Shown: positions 35,903 through 46,555 of the stretch, one piece after another
How positions within the stretch are numbered: the stretch's first letter is position 1
Layout of the letters: each line of letters starts with the position of its first letter
Assembly: GCA_016937995.1 (NCBI GenBank)
Contig: JAFGVM010000001.1
Location: 1-53,238 of the forward strand
Source of the DNA: Candidatus Delongbacteria bacterium
GTDB taxonomy: Bacteria; UBA4055
DNA: 53,238 nucleotides
Direction: 5' to 3'
Made by a program: the position numbers and the translations under genes
The notes under the pieces: generated by a model
Database searches by the model: none
Told to the model about the DNA's origin: nothing
Seen by the model: only the letters and a program-made list of their open reading frames with translations

Positions 35903-36760
35903 ATGATTAAGGTAAACGGTTTTACTATCAGCGAAAAAGACTTTGACATGGCATGTGCCGAGAGAAAATACTACACTCGTAAAGAACAACTTGATAAAAA
36001 TGACGTTGATGATATCGCTAATCAGCTTATCGAAGCAACACTATTAATGGAAGTTGCAGAGAAAAAAGACATTGAAGTAACTGAACCTGAAATTGATCAA
36101 ATGCTGGCTCAGATAGCTTCAAATTTTGAGACTAAAGAAGCATTCGAGGATGCTGTCGCTAAAACTGGTGAAACTATCGAATCTACAAGGGCAAAAATTA
36201 AAAAAAATATTACTTTGCAGAAATTTGTTCAACAGGACTACGTCGATAAAACTGAAGTATCTGAAGAAGATGCTCAAAAATACTATGATGCAAATAAGAC
36301 TAAATTTATCTCCGGGGAAGAAGTCAGAGCTTCTCATATACTTTTGAAAAAGGAGGACAAAGAGCTTGCAATGGAGATCCATGAAAAACTTACTGAAGGT
36401 GCAAATGGTGATTTTGCGGAATTTGCAAAAGCACATTCCGAGTGTCCAAGTAGAGAAAAAGGTGGAGATCTTGGATTCTTTGGTAGAGGTAAGATGGTTC
36501 CTGAATTTGATAAGGCTGCTTTTGAATTGGAAAAAGATCAGATAAGTGATCTTGTTGAGACTCAGTTCGGTTATCATATTTTGAAAGTTACTGATAAAAA
36601 TATTGGTGGTCTTAAGAAATTTGATGATGTAAAAGATGCTCTTAAACAAAGTATAAAGAACACAGTTATCAACAATAAGCTTTCAAAATTTGCTCAGGAA
36701 TTAAAAGCTGAAGCAACAATTGAGATCAATGAAGAATTACTGGCTAAGAGAATCGCTTAA
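35903..36760 (+). CDS. Parvulin-type PPIase with SurA/PrsA-like N-terminal domain
   Basis: AAGGAG RBS before ATG at 35903; VRASHIL, HSECPSREKGGDLGFF, MVPEFDKAAF, ETQFGYHI. Confidence 0.92.
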   Translation: MIKVNGFTISEKDFDMACAERKYYTRKEQLDKNDVDDIANQLIEATLLMEVAEKKDIEVTEPEIDQMLAQIASNFETKEAFEDAVAKTGETIESTRAKIKKNITLQKFVQQDYVDKTEVSEEDAQKYYDANKTKFISGEEVRASHILLKKEDKELAMEIHEKLTEGANGDFAEFAKAHSECPSREKGGDLGFFGRGKMVPEFDKAAFELEKDQISDLVETQFGYHILKVTDKNIGGLKKFDDVKDALKQSIKNTVINNKLSKFAQELKAEATIEINEELLAKRIA

Positions 36761-36776
36761 TTTTCATTTTCATATC

Positions 36777-36808
36777 AAAAAAGAGGTGTTCGATCGAACA
36801 CCTTTTTT
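36777..36808 (+). terminator. Intrinsic terminator
   Basis: AGGTGTTCG-AT-CGAACACCT followed by a T-tract. Confidence 0.85.
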
Positions 36809-36980
36809 CATTTTAATTATAAATCACTGTTTTTCTTTTACGTTACTTTCTCTATAAAAAAATAACTCAATAAATAATCTTGTTAACAGCGAAATAATAA
36901 AAATAAACAAAGCATAATTAACCAATATACCATATATTGTATATTAATTGTTTTTAAAAAAAATACATGGGAAATAAAAA

Positions 36981-38993
36981 ATGTCAAAACACAATCATAA
37001 CAATAAGAAAAAATTCATTAAAAGAGAAAATGAAAAAAAGAACGAAAGACCTGCAAAAGAGACCAGAACATATACAGGTATTATTCAACTGAAGAAAAAC
37101 GGTTCCGGAAGAGTGATATGTAACGATATAGAGGCAAATGTTTTCATTCCAAGTATTTATACCAATGGAGCTTTTGATAACGATAGTGTAGAAATATCCC
37201 TGATCGGTTCACCAAAATACTTTGATGTAGAGGGAAAAGTAGTAAGGGTTTTAAAAAGGAACACTTCACAATATGTTGCTGAGATCCACATTAAGAACAA
37301 TCAGTATTTTGCTGTCTGTGATAATGAAATGGTGATCAGGTTAAAAAAGAAAAAAGTTGAAGCAAAATGGAAAGACGTAAAAGAAGGTATTCTTGTCGTA
37401 ATTGATATCGATGACTGGCACGATCCTATTACAGCCCATATCGTTGAAGTTCTGGGTGAAGCAAGTGACCCGCATATATCAATGATAAGAATTGCCCGGA
37501 AGTATGGCTTTAGAGAAGAATTCTCACCGCAGATAATGGACTCTCTTGAAAGCTATTCACAGGAATACATCGAACAAAAATTGGCTGAGAGAACAGATCT
37601 AAGACATGAAACAATATTTACAATTGACCCGACAGATGCTAAAGATTTCGACGATGCGATATCTATCAAAAAAAATGATGATGGTTCATTCGATCTCGGT
37701 GTTCATATTGCTGATGTTTCATCATACATTCCTGAGGATGGACCTTTGGACAAAGAGGCTGCTTACAGAGGCTGCTCTCTTTACTTGCCGTCTTCAGTAA
37801 TACCAATGCTCCCCCGGAAATTATCTAACTATCTTTGCAGTTTAAATCCTGATGTTGACCGGCTTGCATTCAGTTGTTTTATGCGCATTGATAAATTTGG
37901 AAATATTGAGAAATATCATTTCAAAGAAACAGTGATAAGATCAGCAATGAGATTTGACTACATAAATTTCCAGCAACTTTTTGAGACACTGGAAAATGAA
38001 AAGCAGCCTGAAGAAAAATATAACGGTTTTGAAGACCTTGTAAAATGGTCGTATGAGTTAAAAAGAATACTTAAGGAAAAGAGAAAAAATGAAGGAAGTA
38101 TTGAATTTGATCTTCCTGAAATTAAAGTAGTTCTTGATGCGGATGGTAACACAATTGATATTCGTAAATACCAGCTTTTTGAATCGAACAGTGTTATTGA
38201 AGAATTCATGCTCGCAGCAAATATATGTTCTGCAGATTTTCTTGCTCAGAGAGATCAGAAACTTCCGGCGGTATACCGTATTCATGAAAAACCTTCTCAG
38301 GAAAAAATACTGCATTTTTTTGACGATCTTGAAAATAATGGTATAAAAATAAAAAGGATTGAAGATCTTACAGATCATAAATTCATCCAGAATACTCTGG
38401 AACAGGTAAAAAAAGCTCCTAACGGAGATATTATTTCAATGAGCTTTCTCAGAGCAATGATGAAAGCTAAATATTCCACTGATAACATTGGACATTACGG
38501 TCTTGCTTTCAAGCTCTACACCCATTTTACCTCTCCTATCAGAAGATATCCAGATCTCATGGTACACAGACTGATAAAAAAACATTTGAAAAAACTTTCC
38601 ATTAACAAAGCATATGATAATAAAAAAGTGATCGAAGAAAAATGTATGCAGTCAACTGTTAGAGAGATAAGTGCTATAAAAGCCGAGTATGAAGCACGTG
38701 ACCTGAAGATAATTGAATACATGATCGACAAGATCGGAAATAATTACTCAGGTGTTGTTGTAAGTGTAGTCCCTTTCGGAGTTTATGTAAGATTGAAGGA
38801 GATCCCTATCGAAGGACTTATCCGTATGAGAAATGAACACTCAGACCAGTTTGATTTTATTGAGGATAAAAATATTTTCAAGGGCAAAAGAACCGGATTG
38901 GAAATACATACAGGTAAGGATCTTGAAATAAAGATAAGTAACATTGATCGTGAGATGCTTACGATCGATTTTGAACTTGTTAAAAAAAAATAA
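36981..38993 (+). CDS. rnr: Ribonuclease R / RNB family exoribonuclease
   Basis: TIDPTDAKDFDDA, GVHIADVS, IEEFMLAAN, HFTSPIRRYPDL, C-terminal S1 domain. Confidence 0.93.
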   Translation: MSKHNHNNKKKFIKRENEKKNERPAKETRTYTGIIQLKKNGSGRVICNDIEANVFIPSIYTNGAFDNDSVEISLIGSPKYFDVEGKVVRVLKRNTSQYVAEIHIKNNQYFAVCDNEMVIRLKKKKVEAKWKDVKEGILVVIDIDDWHDPITAHIVEVLGEASDPHISMIRIARKYGFREEFSPQIMDSLESYSQEYIEQKLAERTDLRHETIFTIDPTDAKDFDDAISIKKNDDGSFDLGVHIADVSSYIPEDGPLDKEAAYRGCSLYLPSSVIPMLPRKLSNYLCSLNPDVDRLAFSCFMRIDKFGNIEKYHFKETVIRSAMRFDYINFQQLFETLENEKQPEEKYNGFEDLVKWSYELKRILKEKRKNEGSIEFDLPEIKVVLDADGNTIDIRKYQLFESNSVIEEFMLAANICSADFLAQRDQKLPAVYRIHEKPSQEKILHFFDDLENNGIKIKRIEDLTDHKFIQNTLEQVKKAPNGDIISMSFLRAMMKAKYSTDNIGHYGLAFKLYTHFTSPIRRYPDLMVHRLIKKHLKKLSINKAYDNKKVIEEKCMQSTVREISAIKAEYEARDLKIIEYMIDKIGNNYSGVVVSVVPFGVYVRLKEIPIEGLIRMRNEHSDQFDFIEDKNIFKGKRTGLEIHTGKDLEIKISNIDREMLTIDFELVKKK

Positions 38994-39087
38994 TACGACT
39001 TTAATTTTTTTTAGTTTCTTGTACTATACAGGCTTGTTATTTGTTATATTTATTTAAAATTGTTCAGATAATATACGTAAGTTCAAT

Positions 39088-40302
39088 ATGAAATTATTCA
39101 CACCACTTTTACTATTAACAGTAACTCTTTTTTCTCAGGATAACACCTACGAGATTAAAAAGAACATGAGCTTTGCTGTAACAAAGTACAGACAAAAACA
39201 ATTTCGCAGTGCTATGAATTACTTTGAGAAAGTATTTGAACTTGATCCCGATTTTTCTGTTGCACCTGTATCAATTCTGGATAAACAGGCAAGATGTTAC
39301 AAGGAACTGGGATTAAATGATTCTGCTACGATCGCTTACGAAAAATTAAATAAACTTGATCCGGGTAACGAGGTAGCTCAGAAAAATATAGAATACAAGT
39401 ATGTTAAGAACGAGGATTTTTCCAAAGCTGCCGAATTGAGTAAAAGATCAGCTGTTGAACATCCTGATGAACCAGAGCATTGGAGAGATGCAGGTAATTA
39501 TCTTTTCAGAGAAAATAACTTTAAAAAGAACATGGATGATATCTTAAGCTGTTATCAAAAATATTTTTTTAAGAAAAATGATCCTGAGACCATCAAAAAA
39601 ATTATTTCAATCTCACAGTCAAAGTTAACTGACAAGCAATTTGATATTGTAATAAATATCTTTGAGTCAATAGTCAAAAATGGATCTGAAAATACCGATA
39701 TAATTAAGGCTCTGGCCAAAAAATATATTGATCATGATACTGAAAAGCTTGATACTGCTGTTAAGTATCTGACCACTATTGAAAAAAAGATACCGGAAGA
39801 TGTTAAAGTAAAGCAATTACTTGTGGAAGCTTACACCAATTCTAAGAATTTCGATAAAGCATTAGCTTACTCTGAAAAAATATTAAATATAAATGACCTT
39901 GACTACCCATACAATGATTACGACACTTTTTCGAGATTATGTATCGAATTAAATAAATTCGGACAGGCAAGAAATAAGGTCTATAACGGTATGTTGAAAT
40001 ATAACGATCTTTCATTTAGAAAAATCCTTGCGAACATATATAAAGCTTCGGCATCATCTGGGAACAGAGATATTATGTACGATGACAAACTTGTATTCCT
40101 TATTTCATTTGGTCTATATGATGAATGCAATGAAACATCAGTAACATCAAAATTTAAAGTTAATGGACTTTTACCTTCAAGATCTGAATATTTTGTAAAT
40201 AAGGACAAGTTCTATCCAACTGCAGAAAAATATCTTTGGATCAAAAAAGACTGGAAAGAAGTTAAATACATAGAAACTTACTTAAAAGGATTACTTAAAT
40301 AA
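39088..40302 (+). CDS. Exported TPR-repeat protein
   Basis: Signal peptide; helical repeats such as AMNYFEKVFELDPD and AYEKLNKLDPGN. Confidence 0.75.
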   Translation: MKLFTPLLLLTVTLFSQDNTYEIKKNMSFAVTKYRQKQFRSAMNYFEKVFELDPDFSVAPVSILDKQARCYKELGLNDSATIAYEKLNKLDPGNEVAQKNIEYKYVKNEDFSKAAELSKRSAVEHPDEPEHWRDAGNYLFRENNFKKNMDDILSCYQKYFFKKNDPETIKKIISISQSKLTDKQFDIVINIFESIVKNGSENTDIIKALAKKYIDHDTEKLDTAVKYLTTIEKKIPEDVKVKQLLVEAYTNSKNFDKALAYSEKILNINDLDYPYNDYDTFSRLCIELNKFGQARNKVYNGMLKYNDLSFRKILANIYKASASSGNRDIMYDDKLVFLISFGLYDECNETSVTSKFKVNGLLPSRSEYFVNKDKFYPTAEKYLWIKKDWKEVKYIETYLKGLLK

Positions 40303-40315
40303 AATGGAGACAGCA

Positions 40316-40810
40316 ATGAAATATATAGTTTTGATCCTGATATCTATCACATCTTTTCTTTTCTCCGGATTAATAAAAGGTGAGGTTAAAGATAATTCTG
40401 AGAATCCTTTAAGTGAAGCTAATATTACTATTGAAGGAACAACACTGGGTTCAGCTTCTAACGAAACAGGATATTATCTTATTACCGGTGTCAAGAATGG
40501 AACTTACGAGGTCACATGTTCTTACATCGGTTATCATCCTATCACTGCTGTTGGAGTAAAGGCATATGAGGACTCATTAACAATTGTAAATTTCAATCTT
40601 TATCCTCTGGAAATGGAAATGGAGGAGCTTCAGGTTGAGCATGAAGAGGAGGATTATACCGATCAGATGCAATTCAGAAAATTAGAAAGCGTTAAATTTT
40701 ATCAGATCATATATGTCCCGAACCCCGACCAGAATTTAAAAAAACCTGATAAAGTAAAAGTGGGTTTCTTTGAGAGACTTTTTTATAAGATCGGTAAATT
40801 ATTCGACTAA
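40316..40810 (+). CDS. Stand-alone carboxypeptidase-regulatory-like (prealbumin-fold) domain protein
   Basis: IKGEVKD...PLSEANITIEGTTLGSASNETGYYLITGV...GTYEVTCSYIGY; GGAG at 40306 favours the ATG at 40316. Confidence 0.8.
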   Translation: MKYIVLILISITSFLFSGLIKGEVKDNSENPLSEANITIEGTTLGSASNETGYYLITGVKNGTYEVTCSYIGYHPITAVGVKAYEDSLTIVNFNLYPLEMEMEELQVEHEEEDYTDQMQFRKLESVKFYQIIYVPNPDQNLKKPDKVKVGFFERLFYKIGKLFD

Positions 40811-40827
40811 AATGTACATCTTGGATT

Positions 40828-42288
40828 ATGAAAAAAATAATAATATACATATCTCTAATTTTTCTTATCGTTTCATGCACAAACACAGTAATAAAGGAGA
40901 AATTACCGACATTACGTTACAGAGATCTGGATACTTCAGAATTACCTGTTGAATTTAACATTCTCGGTGACCCCCGGAGCGGAATGTGGTCAGTAATGAT
41001 CTATGACCTTGACAATAATATCTCACTTTTCGAATACAATAAGAATAAAAATCTTTTACCAGCTTCGAATTTAAAGCTGGTCTCGACCGCTGCAGCTTTA
41101 AAAATACTTGGACCGTTTCACCGGTTTAGGACCGATCTTTTTTATACCGGTAAGATAAACAAGAAATTAAATGTTTTAGACGGTGATATAATTGTTTTAG
41201 GTAGCGGTGATCCAACCATCGGTAAAAATTATTTCAGAGATTCATCCCTTACTGAGTTTAAAATCATTGCAGATTCATTAAAGCTGAATAACAGTATCGA
41301 TTATATCAGAGGAAAAATTAAAGTTTATAATCCAGCAAGACATGATAATATGTATGGAAAAGGATGGGATGTGGATGATCTTTCTGATTACTACTCCGCT
41401 ATTATTTCCCCTGTATCTTTCAATGAGAATTTGACCAAGATAATAATTAAAGATTCAAATATAGAAGTGATCCCACCTTATCCATTCAGATTCAAACTGG
41501 ATACGATTCCAAATATGGAGAGATCTTCTTTCACAAGGGTCCTTGGTACTGATTCAGTGATAGTAAAGTCCGGCTTCATAAGAAGAGTTCAGGGCTATGT
41601 CACAGTTCAAAATCCGGAAAAATTATTTTTAAATTCTTTGGAAAATTATCTTAAGAAAAACGATATATCGGTCATGTCTGAGGATATTCAGGATTCCTCA
41701 GTACTGATTTCTCCTCTTTGTACTATCTTCAGTGACAGTGTTTTTTCAATTATACACAAGTGTAATATCGAAAGTAATAACTTCTATGCAGAACAGCTTT
41801 TCAGAGAAACAGCAAGGATCTTTTCGCTTGATACACTGGTTTCAGACTCACTTAAGAATATTGATCTGAATTATGATAATATCCTGAAACTTAACTCTGA
41901 GTTATACAGCAGATTGTTCGGTATAAATAACTTTGAAATAATGGACGGAAGCGGGTTATCACGTAGAAATTTTTTCTCAGCTGAAAAATTCATTAAAGTT
42001 TTAAAGGTAATGAAAGATGACCGGTACTTTACAACTTATCTATCCTCATTACCAATTCCCGGTCAGGACGGTACTCTTGAATTCAAATTCGTTCATCCCG
42101 ATCTAAACAATGTACTTTTTGCAAAAACAGGAAGTATGAGCGGAGTGAACGATATAACAGGTTACTTGATCACAAAGAAAGGTACAAGGATCGCCTTTTC
42201 TCTGTTAAATAATTATTACAACATATCAAGAGGTATCATGAACAGATATCTTGAAGATATGCTGGTCTATGTGGTCAACAATTATTAA
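40828..42288 (+). CDS. dacB: D-Ala-D-Ala carboxypeptidase/endopeptidase (PBP4, peptidase S13)
   Basis: PASNLK (SxxK), SNN (SxN), DGSGLSR, AKTG; lipobox IVSC. Confidence 0.93.
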   Translation: MKKIIIYISLIFLIVSCTNTVIKEKLPTLRYRDLDTSELPVEFNILGDPRSGMWSVMIYDLDNNISLFEYNKNKNLLPASNLKLVSTAAALKILGPFHRFRTDLFYTGKINKKLNVLDGDIIVLGSGDPTIGKNYFRDSSLTEFKIIADSLKLNNSIDYIRGKIKVYNPARHDNMYGKGWDVDDLSDYYSAIISPVSFNENLTKIIIKDSNIEVIPPYPFRFKLDTIPNMERSSFTRVLGTDSVIVKSGFIRRVQGYVTVQNPEKLFLNSLENYLKKNDISVMSEDIQDSSVLISPLCTIFSDSVFSIIHKCNIESNNFYAEQLFRETARIFSLDTLVSDSLKNIDLNYDNILKLNSELYSRLFGINNFEIMDGSGLSRRNFFSAEKFIKVLKVMKDDRYFTTYLSSLPIPGQDGTLEFKFVHPDLNNVLFAKTGSMSGVNDITGYLITKKGTRIAFSLLNNYYNISRGIMNRYLEDMLVYVVNNY

Positions 42289-42359
42289 CTGATCTATAAA
42301 AAAAAACAAAATAAATATTTTTTCACTTACCGCACAGAGAAAACAGAGAAGAATAATTT

Positions 42360-42755
42360 ATGGAATATTCCAATTACAATAAAAATGCTGCAAAAAAATA
42401 CGGTGCTGATGATTACGGTATGAGAAAATATGTTATGGCATTTTTAAAAAGAGGGCCTGATAGAGTAATTGAAAAAGAAAAAGCTGACGAACTACAGAGA
42501 GCTCATCTTGACAACATCAGTAAGATGGCTGAAGAAGGTAAACTTGTACTGGCAGGTCCTTTCTTTGGAGATGGTGAGTTAAGTGGCATATATATTTTCA
42601 ATGTCAGCTCTATTGAGGAAGCTGAAAAACTAACCAGTACTGATCCTGCAATAAAAGCAGGCAGTCTCGTAATGGAATTAAAAGAATGGTACGGGTCAGC
42701 TGCTTTAATGGCTGTTAATGAGATACATAAAACGATAGCTAAAATTAATATTTAA
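42360..42755 (+). CDS. YciI family protein
   Basis: AHLDNI...GKLVLAGPF...DPAIKAG. Confidence 0.85.
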   Translation: MEYSNYNKNAAKKYGADDYGMRKYVMAFLKRGPDRVIEKEKADELQRAHLDNISKMAEEGKLVLAGPFFGDGELSGIYIFNVSSIEEAEKLTSTDPAIKAGSLVMELKEWYGSAALMAVNEIHKTIAKINI

Positions 42756-42769
42756 TAAAACTGTCTACT

Positions 42770-42798
42770 AAAAAAACGGGAATATTCCCGTTTTTTTT
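42770..42798. terminator. Bidirectional intrinsic terminator
   Basis: A7-CGGGAATATTCCCG-T8 between convergent genes. Confidence 0.88.
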
Positions 42799-45343
42799 AT
42801 TTTATATACCATTTTACATATTCAGGATACATTTCAAATAACAGATCGTCGATTGGTCTTATTCTGATATTGAATCCCTGCTCTCCGGATCCTGTCAGAA
42901 CAAAATTACAAACATATTTGGCAACATTGTCAGCATACCTTTCAACAAATTTCATTTCATTTATCTCATAATTTTCTATTTCAGGATTATAAAATAATTC
43001 AACTTTTATATTTTTTTCATTAACTCCATCAAGGAAAATATAAGCTTCAACGGAAATAGTGTCACTTGAACTAACACTGTGTGAATCTAAATTGGTAAAA
43101 ACATCTTTGAAATTTAAATTATTCCATTTCGGGTCATATTCATCGTGGAGCTTAAGAAGGTCATCGATCAATTTATAATCGTTCTTCTTCAGAACTTCCG
43201 TTCCGATGAATATCTTGTTATAAAATTTATTGTAGTATTCTTTGAACATACGGTGCATATTAAAACCCTTTCCGACGGTGTAGATCGATCTTTTCATGAT
43301 CTCAACCCATTCTTCAGGATAATAACTTTCACCGTGATCATAGTATTTTTCAGCTATTTCATCTTCTATCAGATCGTATATCTGCTGTGCTTCAGCCTGA
43401 TTTTTCAACTCAATATCTGTGTAATGGTCTCCGGCATTTATAGCCCAGCCATTGTCCCCGTCATAACATTCCGCCCACCAACCGTCAAGAACGCTCAGAT
43501 TGATGATACCATTTATTCCTGCTTTAATACCTGAAGTTCCACTTGCCTCCATCGGTTTGATAGGATTATTCAGCCATACATCGACACCCTGCACCATATG
43601 ACGTGCAATATCCATATCATAATCCTCAATGAAAACAATATTGTCCTCCAGGCCGTATTTTACCGTATTGTTTAGAATGTTTTTGATTATTGCTTTCCCT
43701 GCTATATCAGCCGGATGTGCTTTTCCTGCAAAAATGATCTGTACTGTTTTACCCGGTCTGGTCAGAATACTTTTTAATCTTTCAGGATCCTGGAATAACA
43801 GATCAGCTCTTTTATAAGTTGCAAATCTTCTTGCAAATCCAATTGTCAGAAATTGAGGATTTAGAATTTTTGATGCTTTTCTTATGCTTTTTGCCTGTGC
43901 ACCTTTTTTCTGCAGACTGTCTACCACCCTTTTTCTAAGGAATGTTATCAACTGTTCCTTTCTTCTTTTATGAGCATCCCATATCTCATTGCTCGGTATA
44001 GAATCCACACCATCCCAAAGATCAGAACTATTCGCCCTGTGCATATAATCCGGTCCAATGTATCTGTCGAACAAATAAGTGATCTCAAGACTTAACCAGG
44101 TTTGAAGGTGTACACCGTTAGTAACATGGGTGATCGGTATCTCATTATCCTGCATATAAGGGAATATCCCTTTCCACATGTTCCTGGAGACTTCAGCATG
44201 TAACTTTGAAACTCCATTTCTGAATTTTGAGTACTTTATTGCAAAGACAGGAAGCCAGAATATTCTTGAACCATCAACTTTTCCACACTTTAAAAATCTA
44301 TCCATAGGCATTTTTAGAGTTTCAATGTCATACTTAAGATATTCAATTATGATACTGTCATCAAAGTGCTCATTGCCTTCTATTACAGGAGTATGTGTAG
44401 TAAAAACAGTGGATTGAATAACGAGTTGTTTTGCTTTTTCAAAAGTCATTTTCTTTTCCAGGACAAGCTGTTTTATCCTTTCAACTATGAGAAATGCTGA
44501 ATGACCTTCATTAAGATGGAATACTTTCGGTTTAATATTCATTACATCCAGGGCCTTTAAACCTCCCTGACCAAGAATGATCTCCTGCTGGATACGAAGT
44601 TGTTTATCTGCTATATACAAATGGTCTGTTATACATCTGGTTGAAGGATCATTCTGCTGGATATTAGTATCAAGTAAATACAACTTTATCTTACCGACAT
44701 CTATCTCCCAGATCTTTACCCAGATATCCTTATCTTTTATCTTCATTGAGAACAACAAAGGTTCTCCACGATCATTTACGGTCTCACAGATAGGTTTCAG
44801 GCTCCACTGATTCTCACAATACTCTTCATGTTGATAACCGTCAATAGCGATCCTCTGATTCATATAACCATAAGTATACAGCAATCCTATACCTACAAGA
44901 GGGATACCCATGTCTGAAGCAGCTTTAAGATAGTCACCTGCAAGTACACCGAGACCTCCTGAATATATAGGTACTGATTCGTGCATTCCGAATTCCATAG
45001 AGAAATAAGCGATCACATTTTCTTTATCAACCGGCTTATCCTCATTTTCTTCATTTGTGTAAAAACCCTCAAAACTCATATATTGCTTGAACTTGTCATA
45101 TACCTTGTTAAGTTCATAAAGAAACCCGTTATCCTTACTGAGTTTTGCTATGTCCTCTTTGGAAAGGCGGTGAAGAAATTCTACCGGATTATGATGGACC
45201 TCTCTGAAAAGTTCGGGATTTATCCTTCTGAAAAGTCTCTCAGTTTCTTTATCCCAAGTTGACCACATGTTGTAAGATATTTCAAACAAAGGTTTGAGTT
45301 CTTCAGGGAATTTGGGTTTAACATAAAAATTCTTTAACTTCAT
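42797..45343 (-). CDS. glgP: Alpha-glucan (glycogen/maltodextrin) phosphorylase, GT35
   Basis: AYFSMEFG, YSGGLGVLAGD, HLNEGH, GFARRFATYKR, EASGTSGIK (PLP lysine). Confidence 0.96.
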   Translation of the reverse strand: MKLKNFYVKPKFPEELKPLFEISYNMWSTWDKETERLFRRINPELFREVHHNPVEFLHRLSKEDIAKLSKDNGFLYELNKVYDKFKQYMSFEGFYTNEENEDKPVDKENVIAYFSMEFGMHESVPIYSGGLGVLAGDYLKAASDMGIPLVGIGLLYTYGYMNQRIAIDGYQHEEYCENQWSLKPICETVNDRGEPLLFSMKIKDKDIWVKIWEIDVGKIKLYLLDTNIQQNDPSTRCITDHLYIADKQLRIQQEIILGQGGLKALDVMNIKPKVFHLNEGHSAFLIVERIKQLVLEKKMTFEKAKQLVIQSTVFTTHTPVIEGNEHFDDSIIIEYLKYDIETLKMPMDRFLKCGKVDGSRIFWLPVFAIKYSKFRNGVSKLHAEVSRNMWKGIFPYMQDNEIPITHVTNGVHLQTWLSLEITYLFDRYIGPDYMHRANSSDLWDGVDSIPSNEIWDAHKRRKEQLITFLRKRVVDSLQKKGAQAKSIRKASKILNPQFLTIGFARRFATYKRADLLFQDPERLKSILTRPGKTVQIIFAGKAHPADIAGKAIIKNILNNTVKYGLEDNIVFIEDYDMDIARHMVQGVDVWLNNPIKPMEASGTSGIKAGINGIINLSVLDGWWAECYDGDNGWAINAGDHYTDIELKNQAEAQQIYDLIEDEIAEKYYDHGESYYPEEWVEIMKRSIYTVGKGFNMHRMFKEYYNKFYNKIFIGTEVLKKNDYKLIDDLLKLHDEYDPKWNNLNFKDVFTNLDSHSVSSSDTISVEAYIFLDGVNEKNIKVELFYNPEIENYEINEMKFVERYADNVAKYVCNFVLTGSGEQGFNIRIRPIDDLLFEMYPEYVKWYIK

Positions 45344-45357
45344 CTATATCTCCTTCA

Positions 45358-46551
45358 TTATAAGCTTTCTTCAAGGTCAGTTAATGCGTTCATAAAATTT
45401 CTGTATGCGTTCTCAGGGGAACTGTACGGGGAGAAATATTTATGAACATCCCCGTCCTGAAAATATTTTGTTGACATGTAATAGTAGTGGTCTGATGTTG
45501 ACAGTTTTCTTGCTTTTTCAAGTAATTCCACTGAACCTGATGCTTTCACTTTTGGTAGTATTTCGTAAAAAGCTTCCAGAGCATTATTCTGAAGATCATT
45601 CTCTTTCCATGCGGACAGGTCCCTTTCCATGTCAGCCCATGATACAGGTTCAGGAAATGATATACTTTCAGGTTTATAATTTGCTTTCTGAAGAACATCG
45701 GAAGGCCATGAAAATTCTATCCTTTTAGTCTTTAATGCTTTCTGTGGAAGATGTTTTACGAATTCAAATATACCTGTCTCTTCCCACTGGTGCTCTCCGA
45801 ATGTCTCATAATCCATGAACAGGTTAAGAAATAGATTTTTCTTTCCCTTTTCAACCATGTTCAGATCATCAACCCATTTAACGAATTTATCAACTGTCAA
45901 AGGATACTCTACCCATCCCTTATTGGAGAAACGGAATGCGATATCATCGGAAAGTGAATAATATTTTAACAGCATGTGCATTGTTTTATTAGGGTTCATG
46001 TAAGCATATAAAGGTGATCTCCAGTCAAGTATCCTGTCAACTCCCTCTGTTATTATTACCTTAAAACCTTCTTCTTCCCAGATGATATCAGATAAAGTAT
46101 CCTGATAAATAAGCTCTGTATTTCTGAAAGTTATCGGTGAGAACCCGAATTCTTCCTGTATGGTCTTTCTATGCATTCGAACCTGTTCAAGAAATTCTTC
46201 TTTATCATACAAAAAAGCAAGAGAATGATAGTAAGTTTCGGATAAAAATTCTACACAGTTGGTTTTTGCGAGATCTCTGAATGAATAAAGAACTTCAGGA
46301 GCATACATTTTAAACTGCTCTATAGCCGTTCCTGTGATAGAGTATGCGATCTTGAATTTACCTTCGAACTTTTCTATCAGCTCTAGCAATAACTTATTCG
46401 TAGGTAAATAGCATTTCTCTGCTACTTTTCTCATAACTTCTTTATTCAGTTTATCGTCGAAAGGATCAAGTCCTTTACCGATATCCAATACAGAAAAGTT
46501 CCTTATTCTGAAAGGTTGATGTACCTGAAAGTAAAATACTATATTTATCAT
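45358..46551 (-). CDS. Glycoside hydrolase family 57 (alpha-amylase-like)
   Basis: FQVHQP, ETYYHSL, FRNTELIY (Glu nucleophile), FMDYETFGEHQ (Asp). Confidence 0.93.
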   Translation of the reverse strand: MINIVFYFQVHQPFRIRNFSVLDIGKGLDPFDDKLNKEVMRKVAEKCYLPTNKLLLELIEKFEGKFKIAYSITGTAIEQFKMYAPEVLYSFRDLAKTNCVEFLSETYYHSLAFLYDKEEFLEQVRMHRKTIQEEFGFSPITFRNTELIYQDTLSDIIWEEEGFKVIITEGVDRILDWRSPLYAYMNPNKTMHMLLKYYSLSDDIAFRFSNKGWVEYPLTVDKFVKWVDDLNMVEKGKKNLFLNLFMDYETFGEHQWEETGIFEFVKHLPQKALKTKRIEFSWPSDVLQKANYKPESISFPEPVSWADMERDLSAWKENDLQNNALEAFYEILPKVKASGSVELLEKARKLSTSDHYYYMSTKYFQDGDVHKYFSPYSSPENAYRNFMNALTDLEESL

Positions 46552-46555
46552 TTTT

